Of a DNA stretch of 64,000 nt, positions 32,175 to 41,302 are shown in pieces. Position 1 is the first letter of the stretch, and each line of letters starts with the position of its first letter. The notes beneath the pieces are model-generated. The model did not search any database. It was not told where the DNA came from and saw only the letters and a list, made by a program, of their open reading frames with translations. Source of the DNA: an uncultured Candidatus Saccharibacteria bacterium (lineage in GTDB: Bacteria; Patescibacteriota; Minisyncoccia; Phycocordibacterales; UBA2100); NCBI GenBank assembly GCA_964623775.1, contig CAZUVH010000006.1, positions 4,256-68,255 on the forward strand, in the 5' to 3' direction. The translations under genes were made by a program, and so were the position numbers.

Positions 32175-33119
32175 GTGAATCAATTTTTCGCGTCATTTTT
32201 TGCGTCACTCCTCGCGCTTTTTCCGGTACATGGTCGGCCGGTTGCTGCGGTCGCGGCTACGCCGCGGCCACCGATCAAGGAAGCGCGGATTCTTTTTGGA
32301 GGCGACATGATGTTTGATCGCTACATCCGCGAGACTATTGAAAGTAGAGGTGATGACTACGTCCTTTCGTGCATCAAGCCACTTTTTCAAAAGGCGGACC
32401 TCGTCGTTGCCAATCTCGAAGGACCGATTACGCAAGAGCCCTCAAAAAGTCTGGGAAGTGTCGTCGGTTCGCCAAATAATTTCAAGTTTACGTTTCCAGT
32501 GTCAGTCGCCCCCATGTTGTATGAGAGCAACATTCGGCTTGTGAATCTCGGCAACAATCACATCGACAATTTTGGCACCGAGGGAGTGTTCTCGACGCTC
32601 GAAGAATTGAATAAGGCGGGAGTTGAATACTTCGGCGACCCGATTTCATGGACCGTCGCCAAAAAAACGATCGGCAACGTGCGTATTGCATTTGTGAATT
32701 ACAACGAATTCATTCGGCCGACTATCGGATCAAGCGCGTCGACGACAATCGCGCAGATTCGTGCGGCGCGCGAGAGCGGTTATATCCCTGTTGTGTATAC
32801 ACACTGGGGTGCAGAGTACGCCACCACGTCCTCGGCTCGCCTCCATTCGCTCGCGCATCAATTCATCGACATGGGCGCCGAAATCGTGATTGGCTCGCAT
32901 CCGCACGTTGTCGCCGAGAGCGAAGTCTATAAAGGAAAGCATATTTACTATTCCCTTGGCAATCTCGTGTTTGACCAGTATTGGAACGAAGCTGTAAGAC
33001 GCGGGCTTGTGGTAGAAGTCCATTTCGACGGACTCGGCGTGCTGTCGGTAAAGGAAATTCCGGTCAATATCTTTCGAAGTGGCATTACGTGTCCCGACGA
33101 TACACCCCCACACCAATAG
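32175..33119 (+). CDS. CapA-family metallophosphatase
   Basis: GDMMFDR, NLEGPI, LGNNH, HWGAEY, GSHPHV, YSLGN; GTG start inferred from CATAAT. Confidence 0.88.
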   Translation: MNQFFASFFASLLALFPVHGRPVAAVAATPRPPIKEARILFGGDMMFDRYIRETIESRGDDYVLSCIKPLFQKADLVVANLEGPITQEPSKSLGSVVGSPNNFKFTFPVSVAPMLYESNIRLVNLGNNHIDNFGTEGVFSTLEELNKAGVEYFGDPISWTVAKKTIGNVRIAFVNYNEFIRPTIGSSASTTIAQIRAARESGYIPVVYTHWGAEYATTSSARLHSLAHQFIDMGAEIVIGSHPHVVAESEVYKGKHIYYSLGNLVFDQYWNEAVRRGLVVEVHFDGLGVLSVKEIPVNIFRSGITCPDDTPPHQ

Positions 33120-33204
33120 CTGTCAACACACGTTAATCTCGAAACGTCACGGCACAAAAAATTTGACTATATTGTACACAATTGCAGCTATTGGTGTGGG
33201 GGTA
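33104..33204. repeat. Inverted-repeat element (CACACCAATAG family)
   Basis: acccccacaccaatagctg...cagctattggtgtgggggt; supplies the capA stop codon. Confidence 0.82.
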
Positions 33205-33268
33205 CACCGCCGGGAGGACAGATTTTGCAGTCGTAGGTCGACCTTTTTTCTTGGTACACTTTGAGTAT

Positions 33269-33778
33269 ATGTTCAAATCAAGCGGATCGGCAGCATATTT
33301 TCGCAATTTCATCTTTGGCGTCGAGGACGGCCTCGTCTCCACTGTCGCGTTTCTAGCGGGCGTATCTGTCACTGGCATCGACGTAAAGACCCTTTTTATA
33401 AGCGGCATCGTCCTTATCTTTGTCGAAGCATTTTCCATGGCCGCGGGCAGCTACCTCTCCGAAGAATCAACGGAGGAGTACGAACGACGATCGACTGTCC
33501 ACCCGCTCATAGCGATGGGGGGAGCGGTCGTTATGTTTTTCTCGTATTTTATCGCCGGTCTCATTCCACTGCTTCCGTACATCGTGTTTGATGGAGGATC
33601 CGCGAGAGTTATTTCCATAGCCTGCACGCTCTTCGCACTCTTTATCCTTGGGGTTGTAGGCGGCACGCTCTCTGGCATTCGTACGGTTAAAAGCGGCCTG
33701 CGCGCTGCAGTGGTCGGCGGTCTCGCGATCGCGCTCGGCGTTATCGTCGGCTCGATTTCGGAAGCAAACTTCAATTAA
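33269..33778 (+). CDS. VIT1/CCC1 family transporter
   Basis: IFGVEDGLVST, AFSMAAGSYLS, GLIPLLPY. Confidence 0.88.
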   Translation: MFKSSGSAAYFRNFIFGVEDGLVSTVAFLAGVSVTGIDVKTLFISGIVLIFVEAFSMAAGSYLSEESTEEYERRSTVHPLIAMGGAVVMFFSYFIAGLIPLLPYIVFDGGSARVISIACTLFALFILGVVGGTLSGIRTVKSGLRAAVVGGLAIALGVIVGSISEANFN

Positions 33779-33802
33779 GACATTGGATTATAAAAAAAAG
33801 AA

Positions 33803-33827
33803 ACGGCCGACTCAAGGAGTCGGCCGT
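33803..33827. terminator. Terminator hairpin (T run on minus strand)
   Basis: acggccgactc-aag-gagtcggccgt preceded by an A run. Confidence 0.7.
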
Positions 33828-33842
33828 CTTGATAAACGAACT

Positions 33843-34574
33843 TTAGCTTCCCCCTACGGCCGCCGGAGTAGCGGAGTCGAAGTAATTATAGCGGCTTCCA
33901 TCGTTAAAATGGAAGGGTCGCCAGTCCCAGTACCCGCCATCATGCTGAAAGAGATAGCGCACGTATAACTGACCCGTGATGCGATCTCGGTAAATCGTAC
34001 CCCAGAAGAAGACGTACAGGCCCTTCAATTCTTCAGGGATGAGATGCCTGTGCTTGAGTAAATAGTCGAGCACATTCGCATTGAGGACTGGTTGGCCCCT
34101 CAACTCCTCGCGGAGTTCAGCAGCTGGGATTGTATTGCGGTCACGCTGCCACAGTGATCTATAGAGCCCAAACTCATCTCCGTCCCACTTCAGCTTCCCA
34201 GCTGCTCGGTGCTCGACAACTTCGTCGCCCTCGGGCCGATAGGGGGCGGCATCGAGGTCGATCACATGCGCAAGCGCCGATACCTCGAACGGATTGCGAT
34301 GTTCAAGGAGCGCTTGCACGTGCGCACGTGTAATAGACCCCTCCTTGATCTGGCGAAAGAGATTTTCGAGTACCGGAGCCGTCACATCTGGTGTCGTCTC
34401 CACGTCATAGCTGTGGCGCAGAGTCGCCGAGTGTTCGAACGGATTTCGATGCGCGAGGAATGCTTCCAGGTGGTGGCACAAGAGACCTGCGTCGCCGATT
34501 TGACGAAAGAGATCCTTGAGCTGCGAAGCCGTCACTCTGGACGACCCCGCCACGACAACCTTCTGAGTCGCCAT
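33843..34574 (-). CDS. Hypothetical protein with internal duplication; C-terminus resembles DGR target-type domains
   Basis: AAGGAGA SD; two VTA..L..LFRQI...HRNPFE repeats; aromatic-rich FFWGTIYRD..LYVRYL..WDW..PAAV end. Confidence 0.7.
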   Translation of the reverse strand: MATQKVVVAGSSRVTASQLKDLFRQIGDAGLLCHHLEAFLAHRNPFEHSATLRHSYDVETTPDVTAPVLENLFRQIKEGSITRAHVQALLEHRNPFEVSALAHVIDLDAAPYRPEGDEVVEHRAAGKLKWDGDEFGLYRSLWQRDRNTIPAAELREELRGQPVLNANVLDYLLKHRHLIPEELKGLYVFFWGTIYRDRITGQLYVRYLFQHDGGYWDWRPFHFNDGSRYNYFDSATPAAVGGS

Positions 34575-34685
34575 GGATATTCTCCTTGTGTGAATGAGCT
34601 GTCGTACAATCCGACGAACGTCGGGTATACCAGCCAGAATGTTTATAATGTACTTTGTGACCCTTGTCAAGTGGGGTGCTCGGGC

Positions 34686-34704
34686 CGGTCACAGGCAGTA
34701 GTAA
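34686..34704. repeat. 19-bp direct repeat, copy 1
   Basis: cggtcacaggcagtagtaa also at 35085-35103. Confidence 0.85.
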
Positions 34705-34762
34705 AAAAATGCGCCCCAGTGATCTGGGGCGCATCGGGAAAGATCGGGGCCGACGATTTGTC

Positions 34763-35014
34763 CTAGGCGATCAGCGAGCGTGCTTCGTTTGCGATTCGCC
34801 GGAGGTCGGCACTGCCGATCGTATGGTATGCGTGCCCGACTAGCATGATGGAGCCGCGTGTATCCTTGAGCGTAATGGGCACATACGGCAAGCCGTCATT
34901 GGGACCATGCGGTATCACGCCGACGTCACCGATCGATCGTACCTCGGCCATCCTCGGAAGGTGAGGGTGGCTTTGAAAGAAGTGCTGGTTGTCGATGAAT
35001 GGCTCACGTGCCAT
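34763..35014 (-). CDS. Small hypothetical protein
   Basis: GAGGAG SD, own promoter, terminator at 34709-34734. Confidence 0.7.
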   Translation of the reverse strand: MAREPFIDNQHFFQSHPHLPRMAEVRSIGDVGVIPHGPNDGLPYVPITLKDTRGSIMLVGHAYHTIGSADLRRIANEARSLIA

Positions 35015-35084
35015 GGCTGTCTCCTCTGGGTTGGAACTTATGAATCTATACTATATTATTTCCTATGAGTCAAGTGTGGCGGGT

Positions 35085-35103
35085 CGGTCACAGGCAGTAG
35101 TAA
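35085..35103. repeat. 19-bp direct repeat, copy 2
   Basis: Identical to 34686-34704. Confidence 0.85.
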
Positions 35104-35164
35104 GTAAAAAGAATCAAAAGAAATCGGCCTCCACGAGAGGTGGAGGCCGGGGCCGCTTGAGCGG

Positions 35165-35383
35165 CTAAATCTTCAGAAACGTGATCTCAACGGCGGGATT
35201 TCGCGACTCGATCTTTTCGAGTGCCACTCGGAGCTCGGCCACCGTTTCACCTCGGGTGAAATCGTGGAGTACGTCGATGCCAGTGCTCTCGCCCTTAAAG
35301 TCGGGCGCTCGGTGACAAAAGGCCAGTCCAGACACGATGGCGGTGTCGGGAAGAAACTTCAGGTCAATCGTGGCTTTAGTCAT
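35165..35383 (-). CDS. Small hypothetical protein
   Basis: AAGGA SD, TTGACA-N17-TATTGT promoter, terminator at 35125-35149. Confidence 0.68.
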   Translation of the reverse strand: MTKATIDLKFLPDTAIVSGLAFCHRAPDFKGESTGIDVLHDFTRGETVAELRVALEKIESRNPAVEITFLKI

Positions 35384-35655
35384 CCTTCTATCCTTTGCGG
35401 CTGGTGCTGTGGGAGGAAACGTTCGAACCGATTAACACAATACGTTGAATTTAATATAGTGTCAAGTTCACGCTCTCCCGCATGCAATATTCCTGAATTT
35501 TTTTAAAATCGCGCCCTGCTCGGCCATGCGGAGCAGGGCGAAAAAAAAGTGCGACGAGCCTCAGGACTGGCGTTCCGAGACCGCATACACGAAACCATAA
35601 TCGTTGACATACTGTCAAAATTCCATAAAGTCTCCTGAGCTGAAAGGAGGTCCAG

Positions 35656-36285
35656 GTGACCTTAGAAGGTGCGAAAGCTGTTGCCCGCACGTGGGCCCTC
35701 GCACAACACCTACCTGATGGTTGGTTTCTGGCCTTAACAAGGGAGTGGGTAGGGTGTTGGTCGTTTTCAATACGGCAACGAGCGCGAGAGCACGACTCGG
35801 TACTTACGCTTATGTTGATTCTTGTGGATGAAGACGGGTCAGTCAAAGTAATGGCTGACCGACGCCAGCAAGTAGTAAGACTTTCGCCGATAGGTTTTGT
35901 CCGCGAGACGAGACTGTTTAATGTGATGAAGTTGAGAACGGCGCCGACACCGGACTGGTACCTCAAATGCGAACGAGGTTCCTACGGGCTAGATAAGCGC
36001 GGTGTCGATGGCTTCGCAAAAATCTCTACACCAGGAGGAACAATCAAGATTCCTTTCCAGGTTAAATCTTCGATATTGAGCGTCAAAAGATTCTTCGAAG
36101 AATACCCCGAGTATCGAGGCATAGTTGCTGCGGTGGTCGTCAATGACAATAGCTCGGATGATGAACTTCGAAGCAGTATGTACACTGCTCTCGAAGAGCT
36201 GCGCAATACGATCATCCGTGGAGAGCGCACGGTTGCAGAGTTCAAACAACAGATTACGGACCGCCTACGAAGCCGCACGCGATAG
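35656..36285 (+). CDS. Hypothetical protein, possible PD-(D/E)XK nuclease fold
   Basis: AAGGAGG SD; LDKRGVDG...PFQVKSS. Confidence 0.6.
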   Translation: MTLEGAKAVARTWALAQHLPDGWFLALTREWVGCWSFSIRQRAREHDSVLTLMLILVDEDGSVKVMADRRQQVVRLSPIGFVRETRLFNVMKLRTAPTPDWYLKCERGSYGLDKRGVDGFAKISTPGGTIKIPFQVKSSILSVKRFFEEYPEYRGIVAAVVVNDNSSDDELRSSMYTALEELRNTIIRGERTVAEFKQQITDRLRSRTR

Positions 36286-36295
36286 TGCGGCTTCT

Positions 36296-37438
36296 TTATA
36301 ACTCACCGTTCTTTATGCGTCTGCGCACCTGCGCTGCAAGTGCATTGAAGTAAAAGAGATTGTGAAAGGTCGCGAGTTTCATGCCGGTCAGTTCGTGGCC
36401 GCGCATAAGATGTGATACATATGCGCGAGAATAATTTTTGCATACATCGCATCTACAATTCGGATCGAGGGGTTTGTCCAAATCCTTCAAATATTTTTTA
36501 TCAGCGATCTGCACGCGGCCTTTTGAGGTAAAGATAGTGCCCCGACGCGCGTAGTGCGTGGGTGCGATGCAATCGAAGGTGTCACCGCCGCTTTGCGCGA
36601 TGATTGCAAAATCCTCCGGATGTCCGATGCCGAGCACGTGACGCGGCTTTCCGTAGGGGAGGGTGTCGGAAACTGCGCTCACGACTTTCTTGAGTGATTT
36701 CTTGTCATATCCAAATTCTCCGCCAAAACCAAAACCGTCAAAATCCATCGCGCCGATAATGCCGGCGCTTTCAAGTCGCATTTCGATCGAACCGCCGCCC
36801 TGGACGATTCCGTAGAGTGCCTGCTTTTTATTTGTCTTTGCATCGAGGCACTCCTGCGCCCATCGGTGCGTCGTATCGATCGACTTACGCATGTACTCCG
36901 GCGTGGCAAGCGGCGAAGGGCATTCGTCGAAGGCAAAGATAATATCCGCACCGAGCGCCTCCTGGATCTTGATCGACTCTTTTGGTCCTAAGAAAAGTTC
37001 TTTACCATCGATGGGAGAGCGGAATTTCACACCGTGTTCGGTGATCTTCACTGATTTTGGCTGCGAGCCCTCGATGACTCTCTTGTCTTGCTCGTGGCGG
37101 AGCACTTTCCCGACGCCGTGGTCAGTGCCGAATCCGAGGGAAAACACCTGGAATCCACCCGAATCAGTCATGAGTGGCTTTTTCCACCCCATGAATCCGT
37201 GAATGCCGCCCGCTTTTTTTACGATTTTCTCTCCTGGAGTTACGTGGAGGTGGAAGGTGTTGCATATCAAGACCTGCGCGCCGATGTCGTGAATTTCCGA
37301 GGTATCGAGCGTGCGGATCGTGGCACGTGTCGCTACGGGTACAAATGCTGGTGTCTCGATCTCGCCATGGGGCGTTGATATCACACCGAGCCTGGCCCGA
37401 CTCTTCTTGGATTTCTTTAATATCTTAAAGTTGAACAT
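36296..37438 (-). CDS. tgt: tRNA-guanine transglycosylase
   Basis: ETPAFVPV, TDSGGFQVFSL, YGIVQGG, DTFDC, CxCxxC..H zinc site. Confidence 0.95.
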   Translation of the reverse strand: MFNFKILKKSKKSRARLGVISTPHGEIETPAFVPVATRATIRTLDTSEIHDIGAQVLICNTFHLHVTPGEKIVKKAGGIHGFMGWKKPLMTDSGGFQVFSLGFGTDHGVGKVLRHEQDKRVIEGSQPKSVKITEHGVKFRSPIDGKELFLGPKESIKIQEALGADIIFAFDECPSPLATPEYMRKSIDTTHRWAQECLDAKTNKKQALYGIVQGGGSIEMRLESAGIIGAMDFDGFGFGGEFGYDKKSLKKVVSAVSDTLPYGKPRHVLGIGHPEDFAIIAQSGGDTFDCIAPTHYARRGTIFTSKGRVQIADKKYLKDLDKPLDPNCRCDVCKNYSRAYVSHLMRGHELTGMKLATFHNLFYFNALAAQVRRRIKNGEL

Positions 37439-37504
37439 TTGGACGATTGTACTTGTTTTATGGAGATTGAATAGAGGTCCATTTTCGGGTATCTTTAGCT
37501 TCAT

Positions 37505-37575
37505 TGCGGGATCGTCTAATGGTAGGACTACTGCCTCTGGAGCAGTGTATCTTGGTTCGAGTCCAAGTCCCGCAG
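37505..37575 (+). tRNA. tRNA-Gln (CTG)
   Basis: TGCGGGA..ACTGC-CTCTGGA-GCAGT..GGTTCGAGTCC..TCCCGCA-G. Confidence 0.93.
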
Positions 37576-37595
37576 CTAACGAACGAAGTGAGGAA

Positions 37596-37695
37596 GATGC
37601 GGGACTTGGATTGGGAAGGGGTCGGGAAACGGGAGTTTCCCGTGGAGGAAGGTTTGGGAAAACCGTGGGTTTCCCAGTCGTCCTTGTCCCGCAGC
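37596..37695 (+). repeat. tRNA-flanking element: inverted tRNA-end copy + conserved core + direct tRNA-end copy
   Basis: 37598-37610 is the reverse complement of 37562-37574; 37686-37695 equals 37567-37576; core matches 14138-14203. Confidence 0.88.
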
Positions 37696-37757
37696 AAATA
37701 TAGTCTCATTTTTTGCTGGGTAGACCATTGTGTGGCCCATGGTACGATTGGGCCCAT

Positions 37758-38660
37758 ATGAAAAACATCATCATCACAGTTCTTGTCATAGTCTTTGCCG
37801 GTGCCGGCACGTATTTTTATATGCAGCGTGCGCCGGGTACGGTAGATGTCGTCAGTAATAATCAGCCAGCAGCGCCTGTCGCGACCTCGACCGAAGGGCA
37901 GCAGTCCTCACTCGAGAGTAATGAGACCGTCATTGGCAAATCCGTTCAAGGTAACAATATCAGCGCATTTAAATATGGATCAGGGTCGAAGAAAATCGTT
38001 TTTGTCGGCGGTATTCACGGCGGATATGAATGGAATACCGTTCTCGTCGCGTACGAATTGATGGATTATTTGAAAGCAAATCCGGGCACACTTCCTGCAA
38101 ATGTAGAGGTGACAGTTATCCCGGTCCTCAATCCCGACGGCCTCAACAAAGTAGTGGGCAAAGCGGGTCGCTTTGCCGCTGTGGATGTCCCAGTATCGCA
38201 GGAAGTGCTTATCTCCGGTCGATTCAATGCCAACAACGTCGATTTGAACCGCAACTTTGATTGCGATTGGAAGCCTTCTGGTATGTGGCAGAACACTGCC
38301 GTTGAAGGTGGAAGCGCGGTCTTCTCGGAGCCGGAGAGTCAGGCGATGAAAGCATTTATCGAAGCGTACGCGCCGACTGCCGTCGTCGCATGGTACAGCG
38401 CGGCTGGGGGAGTCTATTCATCCAATTGTCAGGGTGGCATTTTGCCTCAGACGAAGACATTGAACGCTGTATATTCAAAAGCCTCGAAATATCCTGCACA
38501 CGAAGTGTTCGACAATTACGCAATCACAGGCGACATGACAAACTGGCTTGCCAAGATCAAGATTCCGGCGATCAGTGTTTTGTTGACCAACCATCAGGAT
38601 ACGGAGTGGGATAAAAATCTCGAGGGCGTGAAAGCGGTGCTTCAGTATTACAGCAAGTAA
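37758..38660 (+). CDS. M14 zinc carboxypeptidase (MpaA-like)
   Basis: GGIHGGYE, NPDG, VDLNRNF, SEPES; N-terminal TM. Confidence 0.87.
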   Translation: MKNIIITVLVIVFAGAGTYFYMQRAPGTVDVVSNNQPAAPVATSTEGQQSSLESNETVIGKSVQGNNISAFKYGSGSKKIVFVGGIHGGYEWNTVLVAYELMDYLKANPGTLPANVEVTVIPVLNPDGLNKVVGKAGRFAAVDVPVSQEVLISGRFNANNVDLNRNFDCDWKPSGMWQNTAVEGGSAVFSEPESQAMKAFIEAYAPTAVVAWYSAAGGVYSSNCQGGILPQTKTLNAVYSKASKYPAHEVFDNYAITGDMTNWLAKIKIPAISVLLTNHQDTEWDKNLEGVKAVLQYYSK

Positions 38661-38668
38661 GCCTTCTC

Positions 38669-39520
38669 ATGTCGCCACTAAAGATCATGGGGGCGATTCT
38701 GGCGATCGCCGGGCTCGCAGGCGGTGTGTACTTCAGCTTGCCTCGTGCGGAGAAAAAGCCAGTCGTGGGACCGGTGGTCGTTCATGACCCGACACTGATA
38801 GGCACATCTGTAGAAGGTCGCGAGATTCGTGCATACACGTATGGCTCTGGCCCTACTCGTCTGCTTTTTGTTGGCGGCATGCACGGCGGATATGAGTGGA
38901 ACAGCGTCGTCCTTGCGTATCAATTCAAAGACTATCTCGAGGCACATCCCGAGATGATCCCTGCAAATCTCTCGGTCACCGTCATTCCCAGTATCAATCC
39001 AGACGGTGTCTTCAGGGTGGTCGGCAAAGAGGGGCGCTTCTCTCCGGAAGATGTCCCGGAAGGAGACACCTCAGCCGGACGATTCAATGCGCGCGAGGTC
39101 GACCTGAACCGCAATTTCGATTGCAAATGGAAGCCAGAGAGTATGTGGAAGTCGACGAAAGTATCAGCTGGCACGGCTCCTTTTTCGGAGCCAGAGGCGC
39201 AGGCGCTCCGTGATTTTGTGATTGCAAACAAGCCGAGTGCTGTTGTCTTTTGGCACAGCAAGGCCAATGCGGTGTACGCATCGGAGTGTGAAAAAGGGAT
39301 ACTCCCTCAAACGCTCGATATTGTGGATGCGTACGCGAAAGCTGCAAAATATCCCGCAATCAAATCATTCGACTCCTACGCGATCACGGGCGATGCCGAA
39401 GGCTGGCTTGCCTCGATCAACATCCCCGCTATCACCGTCGAACTCTCGACTCACGAAACGATCGAGTGGGATCGCAATCTTGAGGGTGTCAAAGCGCTCC
39501 TCAGCTTCTTCTCAAAGTAA
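38669..39520 (+). CDS. M14 zinc carboxypeptidase, tandem paralog
   Basis: GGMHGGYE, DLNRNF, FWHS, ITVEL. Confidence 0.88.
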   Translation: MSPLKIMGAILAIAGLAGGVYFSLPRAEKKPVVGPVVVHDPTLIGTSVEGREIRAYTYGSGPTRLLFVGGMHGGYEWNSVVLAYQFKDYLEAHPEMIPANLSVTVIPSINPDGVFRVVGKEGRFSPEDVPEGDTSAGRFNAREVDLNRNFDCKWKPESMWKSTKVSAGTAPFSEPEAQALRDFVIANKPSAVVFWHSKANAVYASECEKGILPQTLDIVDAYAKAAKYPAIKSFDSYAITGDAEGWLASINIPAITVELSTHETIEWDRNLEGVKALLSFFSK

Positions 39521-39544
39521 CTTGATTACATGTACGCTAATTAG

Positions 39545-39790
39545 ATGTACTTCATATACATTCTCGAGTGCAAAGACGGTTCACTCTATACCGGTATCAC
39601 GACAGACGTGGCTCGGAGATTTGAACAGCATAAAGCGGGAAAAGGTGGCGCATATACACGGTCGCACGGAGCAAAGAAAATTTTGTATACGGAGAAAAAA
39701 CTCGATAGAAGTCGTGCTCTGAGGCGGGAAGCCGAGATCAAAAGTTGGTCACGAGAAAGGAAGCTTTCTCTCACACGATCACACCTGTAA
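39545..39790 (+). CDS. GIY-YIG nuclease (UPF0213-like)
   Basis: FIYILEC.DGSLYTGITTD..RRF.QH..GKGG.YT. Confidence 0.9.
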   Translation: MYFIYILECKDGSLYTGITTDVARRFEQHKAGKGGAYTRSHGAKKILYTEKKLDRSRALRREAEIKSWSRERKLSLTRSHL

Positions 39791-39797
39791 GCGCCCC

Positions 39798-39826
39798 TTG
39801 ACAAAGGCCTTTCTACCTGCTACTCT
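39798..39826 (+). promoter_or_regulatory. Sigma70 promoter of DEAD-box helicase
   Basis: TTGACA-N17-TACTCT. Confidence 0.7.
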
Positions 39827-39987
39827 TAAACGGTCTAACCTTCTCTAGTGGTTTTTTGTCTTGGGATTCCCAAGGCCCCTTGAGCTCATAGGGTGAACCT
39901 ATCCCGAGAACCAGTTCGACAAAATTTAAAAGGTCCTTTTAGGACCAAAGCCCTTCAATGGGCTCATAAAACTATTAAGTGAACTAT

Positions 39988-41250
39988 ATGAGTATCTACT
40001 CAAGTCATGGACGCAGCCCCTCCCGTCATGGAGGGTCTCGCTCTGGCGGACGTTCGGATGGTGGTCGCGCAGCGTTGCGTGGTCGTTCATTCTCTCGCCC
40101 GTCTTTTAACAACCGACGTGGTGGAGGCAATCGCGGTCCGAAAGGGGATCGCATTGATGTGTCGCGTTTTATAAATCATGCCGTCGAGCCGGTGCACGCA
40201 CAGGTATTTGTACCGAAGCACCAATTTTCCGATTTTGCTCTCGATACTCGTATCAAGCAGAATATCGCTCGCAAGGGATACGTAACTCCGACGCCGATTC
40301 AGGATCATTCGATCCCGGTCGTGCTCACCGGCGCTGATATCGTCGGTATTGCCAATACCGGCACAGGAAAGACCGCGGCATTTCTTTTGCCGCTCATCCA
40401 CAAGGTGCTCAACGATCGCTCGGCGCGCGTATTGATCATGGTCCCGACGCGCGAGCTCGCCGTCCAGATCGAGGATGAATACTGGGGTTTTGCCGATTCG
40501 CTCCGCATTGGCGCGGTTACCTGCGTCGGCGGTGTTTCGATCGGTAAGCAAATCGCCACACTGCGTCGCAATCCTAATTTCGTCATCGGCACGCCGGGAC
40601 GACTCAAGGATCTCATGGAGCGCCGTGAATTGGACATCTCTACCTTCTCGACCGTTGTGCTCGACGAAGCTGATCGCATGCTCGACATGGGATTCATCCA
40701 CGACATGCGCTTCATCCTTTCGAAGATGGTTGTGCCACGTCACACACTCTTTTTCTCCGCGACGCTTTCGCGCGAGATCGAGATGCTCATCGGCACCTTC
40801 CTCAATAATCCGGTACGCGTATCTGTAAAGACAGGAGACACCTCAAAAAATGTCCATCAGGATATCGTCCGTGTCGAGGGAGGCAAGAATAAGATCGACA
40901 TCCTTCACGATCTTTTGACGCAGGCCGATTTCCAGAAAGTGCTCGTCTTCGGACGAACAAAGCACGGAGTCGAGAAGCTCTCGAAAGTGCTCGTCCAGCG
41001 AGGGTTCAAATCAGAATCAATTCATGGCAACAAGAATCAAAACAAGCGCCAAAGGGCACTCGATCTCTTCAAGAAGAATCAAATCCAAGTGCTCGTCGCG
41101 ACCGACGTCGCAGCCCGCGGCATCGACGTTGATGATGTGAGTCATGTCATCAATTACGACCTTCCGACTACGTACGAGGATTACGTGCACCGCATCGGCC
41201 GTACTGGCCGCGCAGGGAAGCAGGGCAAGGCACTTACATTCGTCGAATAG
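39988..41250 (+). CDS. DEAD-box RNA helicase (RhlE-like)
   Basis: TGTGKT, PTRELA, DEADRMLDMGF, SAT, HRIGRTGRAG; RGG-rich N-terminus. Confidence 0.95.
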   Translation: MSIYSSHGRSPSRHGGSRSGGRSDGGRAALRGRSFSRPSFNNRRGGGNRGPKGDRIDVSRFINHAVEPVHAQVFVPKHQFSDFALDTRIKQNIARKGYVTPTPIQDHSIPVVLTGADIVGIANTGTGKTAAFLLPLIHKVLNDRSARVLIMVPTRELAVQIEDEYWGFADSLRIGAVTCVGGVSIGKQIATLRRNPNFVIGTPGRLKDLMERRELDISTFSTVVLDEADRMLDMGFIHDMRFILSKMVVPRHTLFFSATLSREIEMLIGTFLNNPVRVSVKTGDTSKNVHQDIVRVEGGKNKIDILHDLLTQADFQKVLVFGRTKHGVEKLSKVLVQRGFKSESIHGNKNQNKRQRALDLFKKNQIQVLVATDVAARGIDVDDVSHVINYDLPTTYEDYVHRIGRTGRAGKQGKALTFVE

Positions 41251-41302
41251 CCAGACCATCCGTTTCCTGGCACGGAGGCACCGATTTGCTATCATTATCG
41301 GT

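Noticed and set aside
34686-35103. 19-bp repeats as CRISPR or integron attC
   Set aside because: Only two copies 400 bp apart, no cas or intI gene, no attC R-box pattern
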